Shown here: piece by piece, positions 11,701 through 23,900 of the stretch | Numbering within the stretch: the first letter of the stretch is position 1 | How the letters are laid out: the number at the start of each line of letters is the position of its first letter | DNA from: Phoronis australis | Lineage: Eukaryota > Animalia > Phoronida | NCBI GenBank assembly: GCA_002633005.1 | Contig: NMRA01000293.1 | Coordinates: 3,256-67,255 of the forward strand | Length of the DNA stretch: 64,000 nucleotides | Direction of reading: 5' to 3' | The notes under the pieces: generated by a model | Told to the model about the DNA's origin: nothing | What the model saw: the letters and a program-made list of their open reading frames with translations, nothing else | Databases searched by the model: none | Position numbers and translations under genes: made by a program

Positions 11701-14700
11701 GAAAATAAGAATTTATGTAGTAAGTATTTTCGGATACTGGAACCACATGGGCAGTTTGCAAGAAGGACTTTAATTTAATTCAAAAGGTAAAACGATTTAT
11801 CACTTTCAATTGGTACCTCATTTGTCCATGTCAAGAACCACCCATGTACATTGAATATCATTATGCCCTTGCCAAAGAAATTTTAAAAAGAATCTCTGTT
11901 GAATTCATTCCAGATTTATTAAGATGGACTTTACAAGGCTAACTAAAGATGAACAATCTCTGTAACTCTTTTAAAAGGCGTCTCGACTGGAGTTGTATCC
12001 CTGTTAGCCTAAATTTTTAATTCAAGGACAAGGGCTCATTCCATTAAGTTTAGATGTTTTTTGCCTCACGTTAGCAGAGTGCTGCTTATGTCACGCAGGC
12101 CTGTTTTGGGAAAAGTTTCTTAAGGCTCAAATCATAAGTTATATCTTATGTGCCAGCTATTATTGTGATTTCTTACAACACGTTTGCAATGTAATTGTCT
12201 GTATGTCATAGTTAAACAATATTCTATACACACTATTTGATTAATACTGTTTATTTTATCACAGACTATACTTTAAACAGTTTTGCGGACACTTTTCATA
12301 AAGTAGACAGTCAGTACCATTAAAACTAAGGTGAGTACGTTTGGCCTGAACATGTATTTTCCACAGCTTCTTTGACTTGTTAACTACAATATCGTTGCAG
12401 ACATGGGCGTGACCATTCTGTGATGCCTTCTTGCATCAACTATCGAGCTAACATCTACGCCCTTAAGTCATTGGGTTGTACTCATGTACTAGCTACAACT
12501 GCATGTGGCTCTCTACAGGAGCACATTGCACCTGGAAACATAGTTTTTCTCGATCAGTTCATTGACAGGTGAGTTAATTTTGAATTGGTAATGTTCCATG
12601 AACTGTAAGATTCCACTAAAACCACAAACCGTTAACATCTTCAGGTTGGTACAGTTTGTACGAAGTTTCAAAGCCCAAATTGTCATCTTTTTGTTCCAAC
12701 AGTTTGGGCTTTGTGAATTGGCACAGACTGTGGCAACCTTCAAATTATGACAATTTGTGTACTTTAAACCAGACTTTGAAGGAATTTAATCTAGCGTGCA
12801 ATGACGGTTTGTACAAATCTTTGGAATTTTGAGGAATGAATATTTCCACGAAAATGGTCCACGACCGGAGAGATGAGGAAACTCGGGGCAACCTGAGGAA
12901 CTAAAAGTTTTTTTCCTCCTGGGAGCCACGAGATTGAACAGAATGATAACATAGGCAATTTATAAAATGAGAGCAATAATTGTATTGCCACCTGTCAGTG
13001 TTAACTTAAGGTAGGTAGGTACTATATTTACTTATGGAGCTGTAAATTATCATCATTGGTGTCATTGCAGGCTGTTTTTCAAATTACAACAGTTTGTGCT
13101 TCAAAGTTGAGCTACTAAAACAGGAGTTGAGCGATGCAGTTGTCAACAATTTATTTGCTTTTTATCTATCCATCAGTTTAATGATAAAAAATTGAGGAGG
13201 TAGTGACAGCGTCTGACCTGTATTTAGGTGCCCCCTAGTGGGCCTTTTTGAACCTTGTTCAGGAGAGCTCTTTTCTTTGTGCCTTAGTCTCCTCTTTTAG
13301 AATTCATTGGGTTCTAGTACAGTACAGTGTATTGGTGGCCAGAGTCTCAGTTTCATCGATTAACCACATGCATTATTTTGGAGGGATTCTTCTGGTGGTT
13401 GGCCTTTGAAGGGGCATGGTATCACCGAACAGATGGACTTGATAAAACAAAGCTCTCATCTCTTGGAATCCTTTGCAACATAATATTAACAAGGTCAAAT
13501 TTTCCAAATAGATCATAATTTGTTGGAGATGATTGAGGGTTTGTGGGAAAATATAAGAGTAAATTGTGTAATGTCTTAGACATAGCCACTAAAATCAAAA
13601 TTTGTAGCAACACATCTAGTAATTCTACCAAAAATGAAAATTGTTAGTGAAAATGTATTTTTTCCGTTTAATGTTTTAACAGGAAATTCCTGTTAATGTA
13701 CATGAATTAACAAATACTACTTCCTTCATCCACACAGAAGTTATATTATCTATTATCAGTTTCAGTAAAAAAATGTCCACCAAGCTTGGGACTACATCAA
13801 TACTGATTTCTGGAATATCGCTTGGATTGTTCTTGCAAAGACTTAAGAAGGATTGGAAAAAGTTTTTCCCATATTCTGTAACATAAGGAACACCACGTCT
13901 TGTCTGGGGGTTACCAAAGTTTAAATGTCACAGTGGCTGCTAGGTAGCTTGTAACAATATCGCTAGGAAAGTTTGAATAATTATCTTCTTGTCCCTCATG
14001 TCTTACCTCCTCCTGTTAGTTATCACAAATTGCTGACATCACTTGTTGTCTTCTAGAACCACCAAACGTCACCAGACATTTTATGACGGAGCACCTTCAT
14101 CACCGCATGGAGTCTGTCATGCACCGATGCATGATCCTTTCTGTGAACTAACACGCAAGGTAAAAATTTGTTTCCATCGATGCCTCTTATTTGTACTTTG
14201 TCTCTAAGGGTGCTTCACACAAATCCCCACAAAATGTTATATTTGTTTTGTATCTTGTCATAGAACTTGATTGGTCCAAATTTGACTCAGAACTTGTGCA
14301 CAATAGAACTGGATAATTGTGTGGTTCTCTAAGAGTTAGAAGTTGAAAACTATAGTCATTTTTGAGCGCAAGTTGTTAGTTGTTAAAATAATTTAAGGAA
14401 CAATTTCCACTATTAGTCTTTCACCTCATGAACTCTCGTTAAAACTGTTCTTCCTTTTGTCTGTAAAGTTCGTTTCATGTGACTCTCTTTATCGCTTTCG
14501 GCTTATCGCTCACTGTATTCGAAATCTTCACTTTTGCAGATTCTGAGTGAAGTTGCTACAGAGCTGGGTATCAAACACCACAAGTCGGGCACAATGGTAA
14601 CCATCGAAGGACCTCGGTTCTCCAGCAGGGCTGAGAGTAAAGTATGGCGTATGTGGGGTGGAGATGTCATCAATATGACCAGTGTACCAGAAGTGAGTCA

Positions 14701-16927
14701 TCTGCCAATGGCTGACAAAGCAGAAGCAATTTTTATACCTTTCCGATGCTCCCATCTTAGCAGAAACTGTTAAACTATTTTGTTGTCTGTTAATGCTGGT
14801 GATTGATTTTCTGTAGAATGACTATTGCATTTGTATATTAGGCCAAAAACGCCAAATTGATTCTGGTCTCTGCTGTTTTAAAAATGGAGTCCTTGGTGTG
14901 GTATTTTTTAGATGCTCACTTTTTCAGAACAAATCCAACCAAGGCAAACCAAAATGATGCGGGATGTTTTTTTTATTCATAGCTCGGCAAATCATGGCAT
15001 TCCTACCCGTGCTTACTCTTGCTTATGCGTTTTCAAAAAAACACCAAATTTCGACTTTTTAGTGGGTGAGCACAGGTCTCAAAATGAGTCGGGGTGAAGA
15101 CTAGAACCAACTGTAATTGTTTGGCCTTATCATTTAGTTAAAGTTTGTTGTCACTCAGTTAGACTTCATGTGCAGCTGTATCAACTAAAGTAAAATTTGC
15201 GTGTTTACTGAAAAGCTGTAATTGTTTGTACACATTGAGAGACATTAGCTAAATTAGAATCGCATTACAACAAACAATCCCGAGATGTTTGTGAAGTACT
15301 TGTCGTGCCACATATCCGCCAGTTGTAACGATTGGTTAAGCCACTGTAATTTGTCTTATTTCATTGTCTGTCATCCGACTCAGTACAGTATTTTATTCAC
15401 TGATAATTGTATGCGTTCTCAACCCTACATTCAACCTCGGCTCTGCATGCTCATTTTAACTAAAATTACTTTTACCAAATAAAATTGTATACAAATATAA
15501 TACAGTTGAGTTGAGGTCTGTGAATGTAGCGTTATAAGTGAGCACCGGTTATAAACCTGGTCCATTGTAACGCAGTTTGACTGTACTCCTTAACTGGTTC
15601 TTCTATATTCCTCTAGGTTGTGCTTGCCAAAGAAGCTGGGCTGTGCTATGCAGCCATCGCTATGGCTACAGACTACGATTGTTGGAGAGAAACTGGTGAA
15701 ACGGTAATGTGTTTGGAAATGGTTGATGGCTTCGCTCTCCTGGCATACACCGGGCCAACACTGAGAGACATTTTTGTTGGATTCCAATGATAACTTTCTA
15801 TTCTCCAACCAATTTCATGCATTTGCTGGTTGACCTGGCGGAACCGGAGTAAATTGAATGCTGCTATTATATAGAAATAGATCATTACAAGACAAAATGG
15901 TCACTTTAGTTCTAAGTGAAAAACCCAAGTCAACCATTATGGCTGAACCATTGACCTTTGAACCCAACTATGGTCTGACCCTGCTACGGACTAAGGTTAG
16001 TCTGGTCACAAGATGGTAGCCTCCAGACAGTTGTAAGTAAACTGGACTATTTCTTTGATTAATATGCGTTATTCCTCATATAATCAACAAATTCAGCAAA
16101 AAAAAAAAACAAAATACGCATTTACATCATTAAATATTTCAATTCCTTATTAAATAAATAAATGTACCTTAATTTACACGAAATTGTGGTCTAGATCGAA
16201 CCATCTTTTCTTTTCCAGCTACCCTCTGCTTAACCATGGCATCTACAAAGTGAACTTTGATTAACGTTTTGTAGAACCCAGAAATATGCCCAAATTTGGC
16301 CAACTTCGGAACATCGTATCTCAGAAAAGGACCATCACATTCACATGAAACTTTCGGATACTATGCTTTTCCACTGTTCTCCAAAACGCTGTTAGGAATT
16401 GGATTTTAAAATGTTCCACTTTTGCATGAGGGGTTATCAAAAATAGGATTTTTCTTAACCCTCAAAAAGCCGTGTTCAAATTAGAGTGCGTTTTGGTCAC
16501 AATAACGACATGTTTATAGTGGTGGGCGCCAAGTTTAAAGTAAATGTCTCATGCCCAAAATTTACAAGTTCTTCCTAATGTTCACATGATAATAACCACC
16601 AAAATCAGACTTTGTCGCCGCTGTGGTCTACGGCAAAGCACTGTCTACACTCTACATGCATTGTTCCTCACAACCTCTGTACAGTTTCATCTAACTTCTC
16701 CTTGAATGTGTCCCTTCTTTGTTGAGGTTGATCCTGATTGTTGTGTGGAAGAAAATTAGAGAGTAAGCAGGAAAGCCAATGGCTGGAGTGTAAGTTAGTT
16801 CAGTATTATCTGACTGACATCCTGATAATGATAAATGTGTATGGTAATACATTCAAACATTGATAATTTGTTTTTAATTTTCTGTTATTACTGTGGCCAA
16901 AAACCAACGAATACTTTGTATTATTGA

Positions 16928-16971
<44 letters not shown>

Positions 16972-17187
16972 TAGGTTAATGTCAAAGCTGTCATAGCCAC
17001 GTTTAAGGAGAATGTTGCCCGTGCCATACAGATACTGCGCAAGGCCATTCCACGAATAGCTGATGACTCCCTGAAAGAAAAGTGGGTTGGAATTCTGAAA
17101 AAGAACCAAAGTGATGCCATAGATTCTGTGATGTTGTCATCAAAACACAACATTGAGGTGGTTGAAATTGCTGGAAGTCTTTTGTAA
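2748..17187 (+). CDS. MTAP: S-methyl-5'-thioadenosine phosphorylase, whole spliced gene (8 coding exons, 900 nt, 299 aa)
   Basis: join(2748..2777,8578..8664,9333..9391,12401..12568,14057..14159,14540..14692,15617..15703,16975..17187). All introns GT-AG, phases consistent. Motifs [45 protein letters not shown]. Confidence 0.97.
4099..4513. mobile_element. MITE with ~38-bp TIRs enclosing a second TIR pair
   Basis: TAACAGTTATCAGAACTGAAATTGATGACAAAGAGTGC (4099-4136) vs 4476-4513; inner pair 4191-4211 / 4436-4456; inner part also found at ~1089-1202. Confidence 0.7.
7290..7580 (-). mobile_element. Penelope-like retroelement remnant (GIY-YIG endonuclease fragment plus inverted RT C-terminal fragment)
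   Basis: Minus: [20 protein letters not shown]...EKNWFER, then frameshifted [13 protein letters not shown]; plus 7513-7578: [20 protein letters not shown]. Confidence 0.75.
8578..8664 (+). CDS. MTAP: MTAP coding exon 2
   Basis: tag|[29 protein letters not shown]|gt, 87 nt. Confidence 0.97.
9333..9391 (+). CDS. MTAP: MTAP coding exon 3
   Basis: cag|[19 protein letters not shown](R)|gt, 59 nt. Confidence 0.97.
9948..11769. mobile_element. Non-autonomous Kolobok-type DNA transposon (1.8 kb) in MTAP intron 3
   Basis: TTAA|AGTCCTTCT ... AGAAGGACT|TTAA (TTAA TSD, RR..YY termini); second copy at 63124. Confidence 0.82.
12401..12568 (+). CDS. MTAP: MTAP coding exon 4
   Basis: cag|[22 protein letters not shown]...TTACGSL...DQFID(R)|gtgagt, 168 nt. 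Confidence 0.97.
14057..14159 (+). CDS. MTAP: MTAP coding exon 5
   Basis: tag|[11 protein letters not shown]...[17 protein letters not shown]|gt, 103 nt. Confidence 0.97.
14540..14692 (+). CDS. MTAP: MTAP coding exon 6
   Basis: cag|ILSEVA...[13 protein letters not shown]...VINMTSVPE|gtgagt, 153 nt. Confidence 0.97.
14840..15127. mobile_element. MITE (~290 bp) in MTAP intron 6
   Basis: AGGCCAAA.. / ..TTTGGCCT termini with an inner imperfect match TTGATTCTGGTC / GACTAGAACCAA. Confidence 0.55.
15617..15703 (+). CDS. MTAP: MTAP coding exon 7
   Basis: tag|[29 protein letters not shown]|gt, 87 nt. Confidence 0.97.
16929..16970. repeat. (TAT)n microsatellite abutting the last MTAP acceptor
   Basis: about 14 perfect units directly before CTAG|GTT. 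Confidence 0.95.
16975..17187 (+). CDS. MTAP: MTAP terminal coding exon 8
   Basis: tag|[17 protein letters not shown]...IPRI...[23 protein letters not shown]; AATAAA follows at ~17235 and ~17255. Confidence 0.92.
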   Translation, partial: VNVKAVIATFKENVARAIQILRKAIPRIADDSLKEKWVGILKKNQSDAIDSVMLSSKHNIEVVEIAGSLL

Positions 17188-18051
17188 AGCCATGGCATAA
17201 TTAGTTTGTCTTGTGGTAGTCAGGTCCATTACGAAATAAAGAATCTTATATTAGAATAAATTAAGAAAATAGACATTGAGATTTTAGGGGTAATTGGGTT
17301 CTTTGTTAGACATTCCCCAGTAAAGGTGTTAAAAAGGTTATGGTATTTGTCAGACTCGAGCTTTACACATTCCTCATGTAGTACTGATGAAAAATATGAA
17401 ATGTATTGACCCACCTTTTTCATAATGAAATGATAGTATAACACTGAGAAAGTGAGAAAACATTACATCGTAAAGTATAGTTAAACATGGTGGTTATTTT
17501 CACACAATCCCTTTCATTTTATTCTGACCTTATCTTTGCTGTCAGTCTTTTAGGGTCAGTTGACTAGATGGCTTGTTACTAGAAATGAATATAGTTACTG
17601 GAATACATCGAGGTAGTCTTTGAATTCCATATAATATTGCTTCTATTCATTTAAGCAATTAATTCCGTATTGCTTGTAATATTCATTAATCAAGAATAAA
17701 TTCAATATGGTTTGAATATTCATTAATCAACATTAAATTTAGAAAAATGCTTCCTTTAACAGAACTGAGTTTTACAGCAAAGTTACTGATTGAAAATACG
17801 CATTCGGTCAAAGATGATTGAGCCCACTTCCTGTAACAACCAAGGCTTGGAATTTTCCTCTTTTGAGAGAATTTCCTCTTTTTTGGTTTTGATTTCCTCT
17901 TTAATATTTGATATCCAGTTTCCTTTTTTCTCTCTTTTTATTATTATTTTGACTTTATTCATGCAAAAATGTTTACACTACAGTCAGATATCGATTTTTG
18001 AGAAAATTTGATGGATGCTGTCCCATCCCCAGTACAAGAAATTGCAAAATG

Positions 18052-18442
18052 AAGTGCCCTTCACACACAGACTAGAACACGTTACTCCTGGAATGAGTTG
18101 TTGCTAGGTTTGGAGGCTGTGTGGACGCTATTTAAACTAGAGCAAGTCACCCCACTTGTGACAACTTGCTGCTCTTTATTAAGGTAGAGTAACTTGCACC
18201 ACTTCTAATTCCTGTGTGGCTGCAAACCTCGGGCAAGGTGAAAGTAATTATCGGCTGTGGTTACATACAGACTGGTTTTCTATTATGCGCCTCAGTCGCA
18301 TTGGGTATTTATTGTCGCACACAGAGCGACAACTTCCACCTTACCCCAGTTACTGATATGTGTGTGTGGACACTCGACCTAAGGTGGGGTAAGTTGAACT
18401 AGTGCAAGTTATTCTATGGTAGGTTGTGTGTGGACAGCACTT
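18052..18442. mobile_element. Degenerate MITE, PIF/Harbinger-like
   Basis: AAGTGCCCTTCACACACAGACTA / TAGGTTGTGTGTGGACAGCACTT imperfect TIRs; internal GTGTGGAC repeats. Confidence 0.5.
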
Positions 18443-18853
18443 AAGTTTCACATCTTATACATAGTTTCATAAACAGGCAACTACAAAAATAAATTGCCAC
18501 AAGGGGGCATCTGAAATGAAACCCATGCAATTCAATCATGGACAGAAACATATTTTCCAGTTTTTATTATTATCCTCTGAGCCGTTCAATGAATGCAGAG
18601 GCATACGATGACAAAACAAGACTCAAAAATAATAAAACTGGACACTGGGTAATGCAAAATCGACTCGAAAATAGAAACATATTAGCCAAATCTCAATAAC
18701 GGTCGAAACTCTAAAGTTATAGACACGAACACAAAAACCTAAACTTGCCACTGGGGGGCACAGAGGAATTCAGATCCATCCAAAAGTCGTGGCCTCCGCT
18801 CTCACATACATAGGAAAGCACTTGACAGACTTCACAAAGATCCTGTAGAGTTG

Positions 18854-20059
18854 AGAGTATATTGACGTGCATGGAAAAATGCCATAAGGGGGCACCACGG
18901 TAGTCTGACGTCCCCCAAAATACATGTCGGCTGTGGTCTTCTCAGAAGGCACACACCTACCAATTTTCATTGTAAGTAATCCTATGAGAGCTTTTGCAGA
19001 TAAAGACATAGACATGGAAAGTGGACTAGAAAATTATTTTATGAATTTCATGAAAATCCATCGAGAACCTCCAAAGACACAACTGCAAAAAAAATATTTC
19101 CACAAGAGAGCACAGCAGCTGTTGAATCACTTCAAAACATGATGTCATCCATAGTTAGCTTCAAATGATCACATCCGCCAAATCTCATTAAGATACTGTA
19201 AGGAGTTAAGAAGATACAGCAACAAACACCAAACACTCGGACTGAGATGACGACAGTATGCCCTCACACACGTATTTGTGGGCACACAAAAATTGCCACT
19301 GGGGGAACAGTAGTACTTGAATCCATCCGAAAGTTTGGTGTGCCATCCCATCCATAATACAACATGTCTAGAAAATTCCATGAACATCACTGAAGGTTTT
19401 TTGAGATACAGCAATGAAAGCCAGATTGATGTACGTCGCATGGAAATATCAGCANAGAGTATATTGACGTGCATGGAAAAATGACATAAGGGGGCACCAC
19501 GGTAGTCTGACGTCCCCCAAAATACATGTCGGCTGTGGTCTTCTCAGAAGGCACACACCTACCAATTTTCATTGTAAGTAATCCTATGAGAGCTTTTGCA
19601 GATAAAGACATAGACACGGAAAGTGGACTAGAAAATTATTTTATGAATTTCATGAAAATCCATCGAGAACCTCCAAAGACACAACAACTGCAAAAAAAAT
19701 ATTTCCACAAGAGAGCACAGCAGCTGTTGAATCAGTTCAAAACATGATGTCATCCATAGTTAGCTTCAAATGATCACATCCGCCAAATCTCATTAAGATA
19801 CTGTAAGGAGTTAAGAAGATACAGCAACGAACACCAAACACTCGGACTGAGATGACGACAGTATGCCCTCACACACGTATTTGTGGGCACACAAAAATTG
19901 CCACTGGGGGAACAGTAGTACTTGAATCCATCCGAAAGTTTGGTGTGCCATCCCATCCATAATACAACATGTCTAGAAAATTCCATGAACATCACTGAAG
20001 GTTTTTTGAGATACAGCAATGAAAGCCAGATTGATGTACGTCGCATGGAAATATCAGCA
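18854..20059. repeat. ~600-bp tandem duplication joined by a single N (likely allelic overlap)
   Basis: 18854-19454 vs 19456-20059, a few SNPs and one 3-bp indel; N at 19455. Confidence 0.9.
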
Positions 20060-20428
20060 GGTGTTCATGTGGGTGCGTAAAACTGCTGGGACTCGATCGT
20101 AAAGCTACAGAAAGAAATTAGGCCCAGTACAGTAATAGCGTTCTCATGCAGAAGAAATGGTAGAGACTGCTGTTTCTATTCTCTGGACTGTCCAAAGGAT
20201 AACTATTGAGCACATATTTAGTGATTACATGTGACATTACAAGCAAACTTAGTATTTCTTGGTGTTCATCTTGTAGACATAGAAAAGGCTACAAGACTAC
20301 TGGCTAACGCACATCTTGCACCATTCACGCAAAAAAAAATTGAAGTAAATTACTAAACAGTCGGCTGTTTTGCAGGAATGTGAAATGATTTTCAAGTCCC
20401 AAATGAAACGAGTTATCCAGGTTCACTG

Positions 20429-20986
20429 TCAATAGCTAAGGCTTATCTTTGCCAACTTTAAGCTGTGCTCTGCGGATGTTCTTGCAAAATTGCTTTTTGT
20501 AATCAGCAGTGGCATATCCTTGCCACTCAAGTACAACTTGTTTTTTGCAACACCTAAACTGAACTCGTTCTGTGTGACATCTCCGTGTATCAGATAAAAT
20601 GTTGCCATGGAAAAGCCAGTCATAAAGGCATCAAATCCAGCACGGTGATTCCCATAGTTTGTAGAGGTACTTTTGATTGTATCACTGTCCGTATTCTCAC
20701 TTGAAGCATCAGCCTGGTCATTGTTGGACTCCTCTGAATAGCCAATACCTGGTGGTAGTCCATTATTTCCTTCAGTGTCAACAGGTGGAGTCGCTGCCTT
20801 TTGTTCACCACCACCAGATGGAGTTGGTGCTTCAGTGTCTTTGTCTGCACCATTCTCAGATCCACAGTGTTTGCGTTTGCGATTTCTGTTACGTTTTTTC
20901 TGCTTCACAGCAAAATCTCTATCTAGGATGTTGCTGATATTGTGAGATTTCAGGCACTTGGAACCGTTATTACAGTATCCATGGTT
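20429..20986 (-). CDS. TOE1: TOE1 terminal coding exon 6
   Basis: cag|[15 protein letters not shown]...[11 protein letters not shown]...[12 protein letters not shown]...TGA. Confidence 0.96.
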   Translation of the reverse strand, partial: NHGYCNNGSKCLKSHNISNILDRDFAVKQKKRNRNRKRKHCGSENGADKDTEAPTPSGGGEQKAATPPVDTEGNNGLPPGIGYSEESNNDQADASSENTDSDTIKSTSTNYGNHRAGFDAFMTGFSMATFYLIHGDVTQNEFSLGVAKNKLYLSGKDMPLLITKSNFARTSAEHSLKLAKISLSY

Positions 20987-23900
20987 CTGCAAAATAACAT
21001 ATTTATTTTAATACGTTATTTACTGAACACTGCATGACCTTAAAAGGCCGAGCAAAGTGTTCAGCAATTTTAAAGCGCTAAAATTTTCAAATGCAAATCA
21101 AATGAGAGGTGACTAACAAGACAATGTCCAAGCCATCATTTTTCCTGAATTTTCAGCCAATCAACGATGACCAAAACGTTAAGCACTGTCAAAGTAATAC
21201 ACCATGAGCTGGTCAAAACCATTTGGTAAAAAATACTGACCAGAGTAATGAAAAGAAAATACATGTATTCTGAATTTCGTATCTGAATTAATGCTTTTGT
21301 TCACGCCAGGATGCAAAGGATCCTAAATATAAGGCCACACCCTTATATTCCACAATTTACAGTAACTAATGTGATAAACCTGTGACTTCACAAACCATTT
21401 TTGTACATTGGATCTCGGGGAAAGCATTTAGGTGAGCTTAAAACTGAACAGCAATAAAAATTAATGACATGCTGAATCTGATATATGGCATTAATGCCAT
21501 TGTTCTTTACGTTTTCCTTACACAAATATTTGACCAATCTCACAACAGCAACATTTCTGATAATAAAAAAACACACATCAACCCTAATGGATTAACATAC
21601 AGCAAACTGTTGACACGTGTCTCCACTGGAGTCTGACTGAAGTCTACACGACTGGTAAGACACACAACGTTGGCTGGCCGGGTATCGTGGAAATGTGGTT
21701 GTCACATAACGTGCGCCGCTATGAAGGTCAAGTTCATTTTGTCGGTGACTGAAAACAAAAAATGGGAAAATAATTCCAATCAAAACCACAGCTTTAACAC
21801 TTCATCCATTCCTTGTTTGTTGATACTGCAAATTAACCAAATGAATGTTTTCATTCTGGGCTCGGCTTTTCAGAACCCATAGAGGATAATAAAACAATTA
21901 TCTCCTCAACCATTATCATAAACCTTTTGATAAGTGTGTTTAGTTACACAGTCCAACAGAAACAGTTGTGTGACTAAGAGCAGGGTTCACAAAGAACTAC
22001 TTTCACTGACCTTGCATGTCAATTTCCAAAGGCCTATTGTGTGTGAATGATACCCATAATTTACAACAGTTTGCAAAATTCTAAGCCACTAAGAAGGCTA
22101 GTTAAATCCTCCATGCTCAAAATGTACCAAAATTGCTATGTTGTTTCTAGACCTAAAATGGGTTATTGGCCACAGACATGCCAGTCAGCCTAACTTTCAC
22201 TCACCATCTTCTGAACACATACTCCAGATATGAGGCTGGCATACGTGACAGGAATTCAGCAATATACTTTGTATCAAATACTCCAGCTTTGAACATCTCG
22301 GATGTGTCCGCCAGAAATGTTGACAGTTTACTAGGCAAGCTGGCGTAGAAGTTTTGATAGAGGAAGACAAGGTCAATCAAACCATTGTGTAGAACAATGG
22401 GTTTTGCTGCAGAAATTATCTGAGACACTAGACCACGAGTGCTAATAGCACCAGTTTCATCTGCCTGAAATAGAGCAGTTATGGATTAGTAAAAAATAAC
22501 TGCAGGCGGACTGGTACAGCTTGTACCAGATGTACACAAGCCCTCAGGTGGACCCACTGCCCTTGTCACCTGGAACCATTTTTGTGCTTTATTAGATAAA
22601 ACCAAGCTCAGGAGCTAGAGACCTGACTCAAGGGTCTAGCAGTGTGCTGCAGTGGAACTAGAACCCACAACCTTGAGAAAAAGAAGAGAACACTTATAGC
22701 ACCATGCTACACTGCCTCACAGTCATAGACTGATATAATATTAGGAAAATTGAGACTTGCCATAAACATATGGGATAATGCCCATGCTCATGCCCACCCA
22801 CACTTTTGAAAATTTTCGGATCAATTGCTCACTGCCCAGACCTTGCTAACAACCAAGTTGGGATCAATTTTATAGCAGTCAAGGGTCAAATGTGATGTTT
22901 CTAACATTTGAAATTTTCAGAATAGGTATTTTGTGGGTTTACAGCCCTATGCAGCAACATTTTAAAACCCATTGTATTGGTTCATGTTCTGGGGTGGAAT
23001 CCTTTGTTTTGTTTCTTTTATATGAAAAGTTAACATTTCTAATTTCACTATAAACCTAATGAAGCTCATCACTGCTGGTTGATTCAATCGACTGCGAAAT
23101 TTGTGACTTCAACGAAAAACTAAGATGATATAACTATACACAATATAAAGCAACAAATAAACGAGAGCGCTTGGAGGAGCGACACTTGGCGGAATTAATC
23201 GAAAAGACTACGATGAGGGAGACGACGACAATTATGATGATCAAGGCGGCAATTATGAATAACACGATAACATTCATGTCACTAGCGAAGAAATCAAATA
23301 GAGAGCATACAATCAACTACAATAAAGAACAATAGATGGTGCAACATGACGGTCCAGTCTACAGTAGGACAGTGCTGGCTGGGTCAGTCTGGGTCAACTA
23401 GGCATAACCAAAACAAAGTGAACTGAAAGCCAGCCATCTGCGTGCTTGCATAGGTGACCAAAGGGACAACGGCATCCGAAAATCTCGAATAATTCAAAAA
23501 GTAGACGTCGTAGCGCAAAATGGAAAATATCTTCTGAAAGCCCGTTCAAAACTCTATTTAAAGTGGTAGTTTGGCAAAAATCCAAAAAAATTTTGAGAAA
23601 ATTGAAAATTTGACGTTTTTTGAAATTCAAAGTCAAATAACTCGAAAATGGTAAGTCTGAGAAATATGCTCTCGCAGACTTTTTGAAAGGTCATACTTCA
23701 AGGAATCCACATGCAAAAATTCATTTGCTCTTCCCGTTATAAATGCGACACCAGAGCGATTGAAACCGTGTGAACATGCGCCACATCCGCCATCTTGAAA
23801 GTGATTTCCGGTTCAATAATTTTTTATAAAAGCTTATTAAACTCAACAATCACTTGACCAGTTTGAAAGTGATTGGTTTGCAAATGCGCCCTCTACAGGA

